Translations under genes and position numbers: made by a program
In this document: positions 17,380-31,012 of the stretch, piece by piece
Numbering within the stretch: position 1 is the stretch's first letter
Layout of the letters: the number at the start of each line of letters is the position of its first letter
Notes under the pieces: generated by a model
Databases searched by the model: none
Seen by the model: the letters and a program-made list of their open reading frames with translations, nothing else
Told to the model about the DNA's origin: nothing
DNA from: Mytilus edulis
Lineage: Eukaryota
DNA length: 64,000 nucleotides
Assembly (NCBI RefSeq): GCF_963676685.1
Contig: NC_092346.1
Span: 68,820,001 to 68,884,000, forward strand
Direction: 5' to 3'

Positions 17380-19596
17380 CTATTTTTTAGTTTCTCTTTG
17401 ACGTATTTTCATCATTTCACTAATTCCTTTCATGGCGTCATAAACGCCATCTCCAGTTGTTCCACAGGTTCCTATAATGTCCCACATTCTGTCCAAGTCG
17501 TACAGATGCAGACTTGTTGAAATATCAGAAATAGGTATCGTTTCTAAAATAAATAATTTAAACTGTTATCTATGTATCCTAATAGTATAAACAACATCAA
17601 AAACAACAAGAGTTACACTATCTTGAATAAACAACAAAAACAAAAAATACTTAAAAAATGCACTAGAGGTTTTATTGTAAAGTTTAACAAGCGCATACGT
17701 TAAAGTGCTGTTTTCAGATGTGATCAAAACATATATTGTAGTCAGAAAAAAAATTACGGGAAATGTGTTATTTGTAATATTTATCGCTACTGAGATTCAT
17801 ATCTTATTTCTGATTGCTTTATAATTTCGTATTCTCGTTAAATAAATGCGGAAGATTAGTGTATTGCAGTAAATAAGATTACTACCCCCTTTCCTTAGTT
17901 GTTATATAGAAATCATTTCATATACGTTTTGTACAATACGAATTTAGAAAACTAATATCCAATGTTGTTTATTTGTTCACAGTTCACTTTCTAAATTAAA
18001 CTTAATGGTTTTGCACAGTTTGTGTGCATGTGTTGCTAGTAGTTATCAAAGGTACCAGGATTATAATTTAGTACGCCAGACGCGCGTTTCGTCTACATAA
18101 GACTCATCAGTGACACTCATATCAAAATATTTATAAAGCCAATCAAGTACAAAGTTGAAGAGCATTGAGGATCCAAAATTACAAAAAGTTGTGCCAAATA
18201 CGGCTTAGGTAATCTAAGCCTGGGATAAGAAAATCCTTAGCTTTTCGAAAATTCAAAGTTTTGTAAACAGGAAATTTATCAAAATGACCACATTATTGAT
18301 ATTCATGTCAACACCGAAATGTTGTTGCAGTTGATCATTGTTTGTTTATAAAGTAATATCTAGTATATTATAGCATATGACAAAACACCGCTGTTGAATT
18401 TTATTTGAATATATATTTTTTTTATATTTGAAAAAAAATTACCGGGAAGATCTTGCTTGTTTGCCATTACCATTAAAGGAACACCTGTTAATATCTTTTT
18501 ACTTAGAATGATATTTAGTTCCATAGAGGCTTCTGCTAATGTGTCCTTGTTGGTACTATCAACTACAAACACTATACCTGAATATATTTATACGATTCAA
18601 AATTAATACATGGTTGCAGATTCGATCATTTCAAATGAAATAAGCAAAGGGAAAAAAAGGCGAAGATACCAAAGAGATATTCAAATTCATAAGCGTAATG
18701 AAGTTCTCCTCATTAACTCAACAAAATTATCGGATAACTGGAAAATTACTGATTTTTTATTTATTTAAAATGATATTTAAAATGAAATAATAATATTTAT
18801 TTTCTTTCAATCTTGATGCTATCGAACTAATTGTTTATGTCTTCGGTAGATTGATTTTAACTCTAGTTATATTTGTATTATAGGTAAAAGGTTCCCATGC
18901 AAAATGTTCGAAAATTTATTGATTTACCTTTAGATACACTGAAATAATGTTCCCACATACACCGTAACTCTCTAGGTCCACCAACGTCCCATGCTGTGAT
19001 GTGAACAGTTTTACCAACCTTTGCTGTAAGAATTGGCATTCCTAGCTGGGAAATATTCTTCAATCTGGATTGCAAACCCATACCTCGCATAATGGTTGTT
19101 TTACCTGTCGAAAAATATATCTAATGTAAATCGAATGATAAATAACTACAGTTGTGTAGTTCAACCTTTTTAGATTTGGGTGTAGTATAGGGATAAAATT
19201 GAGAATGGAAATGGGGAATGTGTCAAAGAGACAACAAGCCGACCATAGAACAGACAACAGCAGAAGGTCACCAACAGGTCTTAGCGCTCGGACACACACT
19301 CCATAATCTAGTATATTATAAGAGCATAAACCTAAAGCACGGGGAGGCACTCTACTGTCTCCAAACGGCACTAAAGACCAAAGAAGCATATATCTGATGA
19401 GCGCTATTCCAGCAACATGTGTCATGCGTTCAGAAGTTGGAAGATACCATTGGTTTGAATTAATTTGTTTATTATGATACTTTTGCTTTAAAATAATCTT
19501 ACCCGCATTGTGTAATCCAATCACTATTAAATGAGTTTTATCCAACTCTGAAAAGTGTGAGAATAATTCATCAACTTTCGAGGACTTTCCACCCAT
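17380..19596 (-). CDS. Divergent ARF/ARL paralogue B (189 aa), exons 19596-19503, 19104-18928, 18577-18443, 17543-17380
   Basis: Same 94/177/135-nt phase-1 exon pattern; spliced ORF open (570 nt): MGGKSSK...GLHNAGKTT...NISQLGMPIL...WDVGGP...NKQD...TCGTTGDG. Confidence 0.88.
18073..18116 (-). ncRNA. Type I hammerhead ribozyme, intact core, within a retrozyme copy (~18040-18325) in intron 3 of ARF-B
   Basis: Minus strand: GTGTCA-CTGATGA-GTCT-tatgt-AGAC-GAAA-CGCGCG-TC-TGGCGT. Confidence 0.85.
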
Positions 19597-20667
19597 GCGT
19601 TTCAGAACATTACTGAAATAAAAGACGATGAAATGAAAAAAATATAAAGAATAACTGTCAATGAAATGAAAAAAATATAAAGAATAACTGTCAATATTTA
19701 TTTCTTATCCAGAGAGTAAGATATTAAAAGTGTCAAGAAATAATATCTAATGTTAAGACATAACTGGAAGTAAAAAGGAAAAAAATATAATTTGATCAAA
19801 ACAGGTGAATAAGTTAATAAGTAAATACAATGTCAACTGAAAAGATATTGTAAACCATTTGATAACAAAAATTCCCTCAGGCACTTGAAAAAGCATGGAT
19901 TTTATACAGTTACACTTGGCCAACATCACGAGAATAGTACTGATGAACAAACACGGTTCATGAAGCATACTGGTAGGGTGTATATGTATCATTTGAGTCT
20001 CAAAACGTACGTATTAGAATAACACTGAATAACGCTTCACTACACATATAGCCTTATGACACCTTAGATCACCTTAGGCTATCAATAGCGGATTTTGATA
20101 AATTATTTAATATAAGTAGACTTATATTCAGCTTTGCAACTTGTAGAAATGGTGACAAAGAGTAAAATGATGTCCTTCTCAAGAAAGTTTTATGATATAT
20201 CAGCTAATATTAAAATCAAGAAAACTTGCAACCGAATGACTGTAAAGGAAAGGAAGGAAAAGTTTCGAAAACAGTCACTTAAATGATATTTCTCCAGTCC
20301 AATGACTGTTATCCAGTACCACATCATCTAACGGCTGTCATCCAGTCATTGAGTAGCTGTAGTAAATAAATATATCTTGTCATTATTCAATCGTTTACAA
20401 AATATGCGTTTAATTTTCGAAGGGGACAGGGTGGTGCTTTCCGTGGCTAAAAAAGATGGAATATTCTGCCGATAGTGTCTTTTATAAAACTGATTCCAAT
20501 TCCTTTTACGTTAGCAGTTATTCAAGCGAAACAATACAATCGATACTTTGTGAAAATATTCCACTATTTTGACAAGCTATTTAAATTTAAACATATGAAC
20601 GTTGTAACTATGTAATTATAAATATAGTTATTGTATTTATCATTTCTATTTTTAAAATTAAAATATA

Positions 20668-21956
20668 CACATGGAAAAAAGTATTGCAACACCTTGATTT
20701 TTTAAAATTTGAAAAATCAGCCTCTTTTTTTGGATGGAATATAACAAAATATTTGTATAATATTATTGAAACATAGTTTATGATAACATTGGCATTGAAA
20801 CGAACAAAAAATGTTTGAAAAAAAAATGATTTATATAACCACAATTTTAATAACAAAATGAAGTGTTTTTTGTACAAAAAAATGCATTTTACAACTTTTA
20901 CTGAAGTCGAACCTTACAATGTCAGACATTTCAAAATTAATCTTCAGATGACTGTTCACATCATGGTTGATCGTTATACGCCAAAGAATTAGTACTTTGT
21001 GCGCAGCCGCCATTCAAACGGATAACCGCATCTAAACGTCTTCTGATTCCTGCCAAAAATCGACTAATTTGTTGCTAAGGTAGCAGCAACCATTTCTGAT
21101 GAAGAGCATTGTTTATTTCATGATGTGTTTGAACTGGGGTGTCCTTTCGCGCACGTTCCGCCCAATAGTGTTCCATATATGCTCGATATGGTTCAAATCC
21201 GGGCTACGATCCGTCCAAGGAAAATGAACCGAGTTCCATTGGAACAATGGATCTTCCTCCACGATGCTAATTGTCAACTTTAGCGAGCTCTGCACTACAT
21301 TGGATACGGAAAACTGTGTGTCTGTTTGTAAGCAAAGGTCTCTGAAATGGTCTTATCGCACGATAACCAGTAGCGATGAGTCGATCACGATCAGTTCTTG
21401 TTAAAAAGCTCCTGTATGCCCACCACCCTCTTTTTAGGATTGTATTGTATGCAATGGGTTTCCTTCTGATCAACCTTCATTATGCTTGATTTTCCCTAGC
21501 AAATGGTATAGGATGTCTTCTTTGTCTCGGAAGGTCTTGAACATCGTTTCGTGTCTTATTTTTAACTCAAAACGACTTATAGAGGAATGGTGATGACCAA
21601 CTATACGTGCAGTTGTTCAACGACGTCCCTGCTTCTCTCATGCTGATAATATGCCATCTTGCTGCAGTTTAGAGTTGTCGAGGACCCGTTACAAGGTGTC
21701 AATCACATAACTTTAAAAACTTGGTTATTTAAAGTGTTGAAAACAATGAGGATGAAAACATCTGTTTTGCTGTTTACGGGTACAGTAGCTGCATGTGCAG
21801 ATAAAAACTTATCGATTCGATATTTATTGATTAAGCTCAGGTGATACTTAAATAATGTTTAAGTTGATCTATTTTACCAAATTATATCACAAAAAAATAA
21901 AAAGTGTTTTTTTTATTTCAATTTCAATTTGGTGTTGCAATACTTGTTTCCATGTG
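20668..21956 (-). mobile_element. Tc1/mariner DNA transposon, decayed
   Basis: TA-CACATGGAAAAAAGTATTGCAACACC ... GGTGTTGCAATACTTGTTTCCATGTG-TA TIRs; minus-strand transposase remnant WTDRSPDLNHIEHIWNTIGR (SPDLNPIE motif). Confidence 0.85.
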
Positions 21957-22035
21957 TATAGATCCGTCTGTTATACCATGTTGGACGTTTTTGTTTGCTT
22001 TGTATGCCAAAAAGATTCAATACCATTAATATACC

Positions 22036-25000
22036 ATGGGATCAAGGTTGTCTAAATCATATTGGTTTCCTTTATTACGGGAACCAGTTTCATACAAAAT
22101 AGTAATGCTTGGATTAGACGGTGGAGGTAGGTACATTACCGGTTCTGTTTGTTTAAGCAATAAGTATTTAATATTGAAAGGTATTATCATGTGTACAAGT
22201 CCATAACACTCGTAATGTAAGCGTTGGAAAAGACTTGGGAATGTTCAAAATATGCTGTAATCGATCTAAAGGTGTTAATCTTTTTTAATTTCTTTATTTT
22301 GGTATACAGTACCGTTGTCCTTCCGTCCGTGGTCAACACTTCGGACAATATTTCAAAAATGTTTTGACAAATTTTCAAGAAAATTTGGGGAATTGTTTAT
22401 ATCTATTGACGTAAGCCACCATTAGAGTTTTTTTTTTCATTTAAGATTTTACGCATCCGAGTTGTATAGGATATTATTCATACGGGCACTCAAGGTACAA
22501 CTCTTTAATAAAATTTGTAATTCTAGGTTACAGGATTTTGTTTTTGTTTTATTGTTTCGTTTTTCAATCAAGCCGAACATTTCCTTAAATTTTGTCAGTT
22601 TGTGACCTTTTATAGCATACGTTATAGATTTTGTTAATTGTTGAAGGCTACCTATAGTTGCTTACATTTACGTCATTTAGTCACGAGTTGATAGTTGCCT
22701 TATTGGGAACCATACCACATCTTCTTATTTTAATATCAAAATCAATGACATTCTTTTTGTTCACAGAAAAAATGCCCATTTCATCAACATTTCTTACATC
22801 AGAAGATATGTCATATTGCATGAGACAGTAAATAAATATTTTTGTATTTGCTTGTAGGAAAAACGGCAATCTTATATAAGATGAAATACAACAGAAATGT
22901 CCAGACAATACCAACGATTGGATTTAATATTGAACCATTACTCCAGTTGAAGGGATCAATTTTACAGTTTGGGACATCTCCTTTCAGGAAAAGATGATTC
23001 CTTTGTGGGTACATTACTTTACAAACACAGAAGGTATGCCTATTTTTGACATTTTTGCCTATTATGTCTATATGTTTTATTCACACATCGTTGTCAATAT
23101 AGTGGAATTTCATGCGACTGTCATACAAGTGAGAGGTATAGCTAGCCATAAATCAACCATATTCTACATAAGAAAATGACTGTACGAAGTCAGGAATATG
23201 ACAGTTCTTATCCATTCGTTTGATGTGTTTGAGGTTTTGATTTTTCCATTTAATTGTGGGCTTTCCGTTTTGAATTTTCCTCGGAGTTCAGTATTTTTCT
23301 GATTTTTCTTTTTAGGTATTTGTATTTTGGCTCAATTGAGTTTCTGTAGGATTCTTACGCAAAACTGTACACTTTCCGTAATCATGAAACAATATATTTT
23401 TTGTAAAATGTATGTCTCAGATCTATGTAACCAATCTGAATTGTAAAACTAACAAACTACATATAGATATGATTTCACTGAATAAATTCCCTGGTTATCC
23501 AGTGACTAATTCACAGGGATACTCGGCCAACTGCTGTTATTTTAGGGGTAAAAAAGAAAAAAAAAGGATTCTTACGCAATGGTTCATTCTGGTAACTTTA
23601 AATCTTTAAGGAATGTCGTGTCACACTTATTTTTATTAATTCTGGCTAACTTAAATTCTTTACACATAATATGAAAAGTGCAAATACCATATATTACCAG
23701 GAAGATTACATGTATCAAACTGTTAATGATAGGAAGCTTTACCATGACTGGAATGGTTTATTTCAGAAAGTCATTTTAATCTTTGCTGTGCTTACTGTTT
23801 TGAGAATTTACACATAAACATATTACTATCCTGTCATGTTTACTGTTCTGAAGTTAATTCTGTAGGGATCATATACGTTGTGGATAGCAATGATGGAGAA
23901 AGACTGAATGAAGCGATAGAGATATTGCATCGTATACTTAACTTTGAAATATTGAAAGAAGTACCACTGGTTGTTGTGGCTAATAAACAGGACCTTCCTA
24001 GTTAGTATTTTATATCTATGAAGTAATTTGTCTTATGTTAAATACCATTTATTGTACACAAATTAAAGGAATGTGTGCATATCTAGCGATTTATAAGTAA
24101 TAAACTTAATAGAAACCAGCATGCCCCCCTCGAATGAGAAAAATCGTGGGTTCGTTCCTCCTGAATTGTTCAAACAATTAGTTATTGCTTCTTGTGCATT
24201 TTGAAGTAAGAGCAAACATTGATCAATTTGAAGTAAAAATAAGTGAATGACTTCCTTCTTTCAATATTTTTCAGAGCTAAGTACTTTTAAAAATCCGACT
24301 CTGCGTGTCAGTCGAGTACAAACAAATCAGGGTAATCTCATTAACATGCTATTGTCCTAAATACTCGAGTAACATTTGTTGTTGACGTCCAAAGACATCA
24401 ATCAGTAAATCAAATGTGGCAATAATAGTGTGTTCGACCAAGAGCCTGATTAAAACAAAAACAATCTACAAATCAGTCTATAAACTGTGAATCTACAACG
24501 CCATCAAAAACGGGGACTGTCTCAGGTTGCTCGTAAGGTTGTTCATGTCAAGTATAAATTCGATGAAAGCTGTACTTTTTATCATTACAATAAACATATT
24601 TTTAAGGGTTATTTCTATGTTTCAAACAACCTTTTCAAAAAGTTGTTGTTATAATGGTATTCTATGCAACTGTTCAACAAGTGAGAGTTTTCGCTAGCTA
24701 TAAAACCAGGCTTAATCCACCAGTGTCTACAAAAAGAAATGCTTTTACCAAGTCAGAAATATGACAGTCGGTTTCCATTCGTTAGATGTGCTTGAGGTTA
24801 TGATTTAGCCATTTTATAAAGGATTTTATTCCGTTTTGAATTTCCCTTCTAGTTCGGTATTTTTGTTATTTAACTTTTTGACAGGCAATGGAAATGTTAC
24901 TCTATTTCAAATTCAATAATAATCCATCATATTTTTTTCACCTTTTCAAAAAGTTGATGTTATAATGGTATTATATGCAACTGTTCAACAAGTGAGAGTT

Positions 25001-25399
25001 TTAGCTAGCTATAAAACCAGGCTTAATCCACCAGTGTCTACAAAAAGAAATGCTTTTACTAAGTCAGAAATATGACAGTCGGTTTCCATTCGTTAGATGT
25101 GAATGAGCTTATGATTTAGCCATTTTATAAAGGATTTTTTTCCGTTTTGAATTTCCCTTCTAGTTCGGTATTTTTGTTATTTAACTTTTTAATAGGCAAT
25201 GAAAATGTTACTCTATTTCAAATTCAATAATAGTCCGTCATATTTTTTTGCAGATGCCATTTGTCCGTCAGAAATTGCAAATGTTTTGAATTTGCATGAA
25301 GTGAGGGACAGACGTTGGTTTATAAACGGTGCAAGTGCCCCAACCGGGAATGGACTAAATGACAGCATGATAGCAATGGTAGAAGCCATCAGGAAATAA
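22036..25399 (+). pseudogene. ARF/ARL paralogue C with 1-nt frameshift in exon 2; exons 22036-22126, 22858-23033, 23866-24000, 25254-25399
   Basis: Exon 2 is 176 nt instead of 177 (GAACCATT for GAAACCATT near 22934). With the base restored: GLDGGGKTA...PTIGFNIE...WDISFQ...NKQD...SAPTG. The indel could be an assembly error. Confidence 0.78.
24630..25250 (+). repeat. Tandem duplication of ~310 bp in intron 3 of ARF-C
   Basis: CCTTTTCAAAAAGTTG...CATATTTTTTT occurs twice (24630-24939, 24940-25250). Confidence 0.85.
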
Positions 25400-27285
25400 C
25401 CGGCTGTGTGTTTGACATTAAAGGTGACCGTAATTGATCCACAACGATATAAGGAATCAAATATACTAAAACCAACACAATAGTCACTAAGAACACATCA
25501 CTAAAGCCAATGATGAAATAAATGCTTACAAATGCCGCTGAAAGAATCCAACAAAAAAAATCCTAAATTGAAAACAAACTGGACGAATGGGATAGCACAT
25601 CCTATTGTTTTACGGAGATGTTGTATACAGAGCTCTGAAATGTAGATACGATCCGGGTAATTTTATCTATCTTTAAAATGCACTTAATAAAATAAACACT
25701 AAATCAACACTGTACTTAGATCTTTCAGTTTGAGTATTTTTTTATTAGTATAGATATTGATTTTACTATCAGTAAATATATTCGCACATTCACGTTTCAA
25801 AAATCTTTCAATACCTGTTTTTTAGCATTGTATAAGGTTATGTTTTTCTCTGACTGTTACTGACGTCTTAACACTAAATCCATAGGATGTTGGATGTGTT
25901 CCGATTGATATTTAAGTCCAAGATTCATTTTCTACAATTATAATTGGCGTTTAAATACTAAGTAACTGCCACTTAATGATGCTATTTGTATTTGGCAATA
26001 AAACACTCACCAATCAATCAATATGTTAATTATGAGAAACGTCACTGAAACCTTTTACATAATAACACTATTTGATTGCTATGAGTATTTGTATTCAAAA
26101 ACTACATATTGGAAGATATGAAGGGATTTACTGTGGAACATATACATTTTTTTCAAAAAAAAATTATGATTTATTTTTTTCCGTTCAAGCAGATGCATAG
26201 TAAATGTATTCCCATTGCATTAGTAGAACGCTTTCTGACACATGGTCAAATGTTAAAAATTTCTCCTAAACACCAATCAAGAGAATGTGCCGTGTGCATG
26301 ATTTTTTGTTTTATTAACTAATGTCGTTTCTATATACATGTTTCAAATATTACACACCGAGAAAAATAAAACAAAATGCAAAAAAAAAACACACATTTTA
26401 TAAATTTTATTGGCCCAAAGCTGTGATTTACCATCATTAAGAACTTTAAAAGTCGCATATAAGATATGAAACAGTTGAACAGCTATATGACAAAATAAGT
26501 CTGAAAAACAATAGCCAAATCCATCTAAGGTCCCTTTCCCTGAGAGAGTGAACATCATAGTGTCTTTATATACTTTTGTTAATTTATCAACGAATAATTT
26601 AAGATAAAAATGTTATGGACTAATTTACGTCAGTATCAAAGTACTGCCTAATACTCAGTTAATGATACACTCGGGGACCGATGGTCAACAGCAGCGGTAT
26701 CGACCAAGTGCTGGAAAAATTAAAACAACATTTCATAGACTTCATGAATCCAACGCGCTATCCTGGATTTATCTTCACCAGAAACGTAGGATGATTTCTG
26801 CAGAAACATCATAACACCTCAATCCTTGCCACTAAAAAGAAAAAGATGTTTTGGGGTGAAAAGATAATCCCAAAGAGATTCAAGAGTTTTCAAAGAGCCA
26901 TAATTGTATGTTAAACGTATAGTTTAGCGATTTTTTTTTTATCTCCGATCCAAATGCAAAGATAATTAAACACAATAAATTATAAAATGCATATGCATTT
27001 ATGATTAATTTTGTAAAAAAATAATAGGCAACAAACAACTAGTTATTTTTACTTAAGGCTGATGCGGCTTAATTATAAAGTTCGCACCTTTAGCGACGTA
27101 TGGACTAATAAGGAAACTGATTATCTTTATAAATAGACAATAAATCATTATGCATTAAACTTTATACCTCCAATAGGAAGAGATCGTTCATAATTGAGGA
27201 TTTTACATCCTGAAAGTATCATCACATATTTAACAGAAATACAAAAATAAGTTTTACATAAATAGTTCAGATGATAATATGAAGT

Positions 27286-29829
27286 ATGGGAATTTGTTCA
27301 TCAAAAAAGAACCCATTGACGATTCTTCTGCTTGGTTTAGATGATGCAGGTAATATATAAAACATAGCCAAATACTTCAATCAGTCTGAACTGAACCAAA
27401 TATTTCAGCACGTCATTGATAACTATGCATTAATATTTGAACTAAAAGACTTATTACAATTACAGGGAAAACGACATTGTCGTACAAGATTCAAAATAGA
27501 AATAGTTTGACGATGCCAACTATAGGGTTTAACATTCACACAATACATCCATTGAAAGGAGTTCACTTTAATTTGTTCGATATTGGTGGCGGCGAAAAAG
27601 TAAAAGTAACATGGAAGCAGTATTACAGAGATGCAGCGGGTGAGTGCCATGTGATTGATTGTTTTCCAGCTTTCATATTTCAACCAAAAAACAAAAAAAA
27701 AAACTGCAGATAATCAGTTACGAGCAATGTTTTTATTTTTGTAAAATGATCATATGAGTCAGCAGTAAAATCTTGAATTCAACGCAATAGACCCAGTATT
27801 TACTTGAGAATGATTAAAGATTACCATATTAGATCAAAGTGTTCCACCTGAATACTCATTCAAATGAGACGTTTTTATCCACAATTACTTGATCTGCCAT
27901 TGTTCAAAGTTGCCGTGTTTCTCTTGGAATGATTACTAGAGCTATCTGCTCAGAAATTAACGAACAAATTCTTTTTTGCATTTTTACAATTAATTTTTCC
28001 ATCTATTAAGTTTAGAAATTTTTATTGCAGGTATTTTATTTGTCGTTGACAGCATTGATAAAGGGAGACTACAGGAGGCAAAGGACGCCCTACATCAGTA
28101 TATAGTGAACTGTGAGACAGCGGCAAACATTCCAATAGGAATTCTAGCAAATAAACAGGATGTTCAAAGTATGTAAGTTTTATTGAGTGGGGCATTATAT
28201 ATTTTCATGAATTATTTTAAAATGGACAGTGTAGCATAAGAGCATGGTTTGCCCTCCATCGTGGGCTCCGTGTATGGAAAAACTTCATATGTTTCCACAT
28301 TTTGAATGTTTGAAGTAATTATGCACACTTTACAAATTGAATTGGTTTAGAAAAATAAAAAAATACAATTATATATTTTTCTTTCGTCTAGAGTGTTCTT
28401 CTGGATTTACCTATATCAGGAACGCTCAAAGCCTAATATTTGTAACAACATAGATGTATAAAAACAGAAACAAATTGAATAGGAGCTATATGAACACAAG
28501 GACATAAAGGAAATAACCAAATGCATGTCAGGTCAACTTTGCCTGAAGAAGTTGAAACTTTAGTTCTCTATAATTGATAAATTAATACACGGATAATCTT
28601 AGAAAGGTTTGTCATAAATCTTGCAAGTACCGAAGTACTGACGACGACTGAGTTGATGATACCTCGGGAACTGATAGTCCACCAGCGTTGGTATCGAACA
28701 AATGTAATAAATTAAAAAGAAAGAAACAACACTTTATAAATTTCATACGCCCAAAGCGCTTTTCTGAACTAACTTTCACCAGGCACACACGAAGGCGAAT
28801 ATTTGAAAGACAAGGGTGCATAAAAATTGAAACAGTTGAAGAGCTGTATGACAGAAAAGGACCAACATAAATAGCCAAATCCATCCTAATATGTTTGAAT
28901 TTAGTTACGCTTATTTAAGTACCTCTTACGATGAACTTAATTGTCTAAGCAGCTATAAAGGTAATGCAACCATATTAAAAGAAGAAGCAATTTAATCATT
29001 TTGATGCAGTTTTAACAGAATTAAAGTAGTCTGTTAAACCAAATGGACGAATCTTCAAAATATTAAAAAAAAAAAAAATTAAAAAAAAAGAAGATATTAC
29101 TGGTCCACCGAACTTATCATATCTAACATGATAAAAAAAACTTCCTTATTGGTACTATTTTTATAATCTGTTAAGCCAAATGGACGAATCTTCAAAATAT
29201 AAAAAAAAAAAAAAAAAAAAAAAAAAGGGAAATATTACTGGTCCACCGAACTTATCATATCTAACATGATAAAAAAAAACTTCCTTATTGGTGCTATTTT
29301 TATAAAATATTGTAAGTGGTTTTCTGATTAATGAGCTTTACAAAACAATGAACTGAAACCTATTGCAGTGGGAAGAAGAGCAAAAATATTAAAATACAAG
29401 ATATAGATGACTTCGTCGAACAAAGTAAGATATGACCATAACAAATTGACGTCTCCCAATTTAAATAAGGAAGCAGTTGATGTTGATTAATATAGGAAGA
29501 TTGTCATAGTATTTACCTTATATAAGTTATTTCTTAACCTCCAGTACACCTCTTTCGAATCTTTTGAAGACACGGGTTACGCACAAAATCGTTTTACACG
29601 AAACATAATTTTAGAAGTATGATGAATCGTTTGTATCAAAGCAAACTAAGAACTCCTTTCTTTTCCAGATGCCCTAAATAAATCTGACATATCATGTGAA
29701 CTGGGTTTACATCAGCTCACAAACAGAAAATGGTTCGTAAATGGCGTTAGTGCAAAAACAGGAGATGGATTACTTGAAAGCATGAAATTGATGTCAGATA
29801 CAATAAAAAAGAAAAAATCGTCAAGATAG
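27286..29829 (+). CDS. Divergent ARF/ARL paralogue D (178 aa), exons 27286-27349, 27466-27639, 28031-28168, 29669-29829
   Basis: Spliced ORF open (537 nt): MGICSSKKNPLTILLLGLDDAGKTT...PTIGFN...FDIGGGEKV...NKQD...SAKTG...KKKKSSR*. Confidence 0.88.
28385..28890 (-). mobile_element. Decayed retrozyme-like repeat of a second subfamily (degenerate hammerhead cores)
   Basis: Minus strand: GAGCGTTC-CTGATATAGGTAAATCCAGAAG and GTGTGC-CTGGTGAAAGTTAGTTCAGAAAAGCGCT, ~360 nt apart; shares the CAGCGGTATCGAC block with the main family; related piece at ~26630-26790. Confidence 0.45.
29030..29306 (+). repeat. Tandem duplication of ~138 bp containing A-tracts, intron 3 of ARF-D
   Basis: TCTGTTAA(A/G)CCAAATGGACGAATCTTC...CTTCCTTATTGGT(A/G)CTATTTTTATAA occurs twice. 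Confidence 0.85.
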
Positions 29830-31012
29830 TATAGTATGTGCGATATATTGCTAAATACAGTACGATTTAACAAGGTCAAAGATCAGAGGATACTGACGAC
29901 AAATTTAAAATTCCTCATTGAAAGCAACTTGTGACATAACGATTTTGATGTACGAAAATACAATAAATAGAGCTATTTATATTTTCTTTTGAAGATAACG
30001 TAACAATCAAATAGAAGAACGTAGCTCGTCGATGTTGTTTGAACCTATTGTCAATATTTATAGATGCAATGTTTACTCATCTGTAGAGTAAAAGGAATGT
30101 AATATGTTTTTGTTCTATAACAATTAAGTGTTTCCTAAACTATAACAGAAATAAATAGTACGATGTATGAATATTCTCAACGGAAGGCAACAGAAACCTA
30201 TATATATATATATATATATATATTTCAGCTGTTTGAAAGACTATTTCTTAGTTTTAAACATTATTTTGATCAATAATTTCTTTTAAAGAAATCTGAACAT
30301 TAATAAATGCGACTGTTGTCGCCTTTGGAACAGATACTTCTTATCTATATTATAGCTAAATGCGCATAGAGTACACAATCATATTTAGTCGGCTTTGGAT
30401 TTTGAACCTTATGGATTATTTTGTTTTCAATTTGGTTCATACTGCATGAATTCCTTGCCATTGACGGTTTACAAAATTTGTTACATCAGTATCCAGATAC
30501 ATATTATTTAATTTTGACCACAAAAGATATATATGAACACTGACGTTCTTTTCGATCGTATATATAGATATATGTACAATCGTAAGACAGGAACGTCTTA
30601 TTAACAGGATGTGTATTTTATATGATATAATATTTGTGTTATTTAATACTGTTTAAGGTTGTAAAATGTTGTTAATCAATACAATTAAAGACTGTTTTAT
30701 TTAACCTTGATTTTGAAAACACGATAATTTTTATTTTTTTTATTTTAAAGCCAACCATGTTAAATTACGACAGGATGCACCAATCATACTTATATTCATA
30801 ACACTACAAAGCCTTCTTTAGGTGTACTATCATTGACAATACCGTTCTTTACACACTATGCCTATTTTCATGTCGTTACGACTTTAGATATTACTTTTTT
30901 ATATCATACAAAACGAAATATTTAATTGTAATGACGGTTCGTATGTCAATGAATGTAATCTTTGTACACCTAGTAATTTTTTTGGTCGGGGATTTCGTTG
31001 CCATAAATTATT

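Noticed and set aside
19628-19695. Duplicated GAAATGAAA as an IRF/ISRE site
   Set aside because: A simple 33-bp tandem duplication which reads on the minus strand as the pyrimidine tract of an acceptor upstream of ARF-B.
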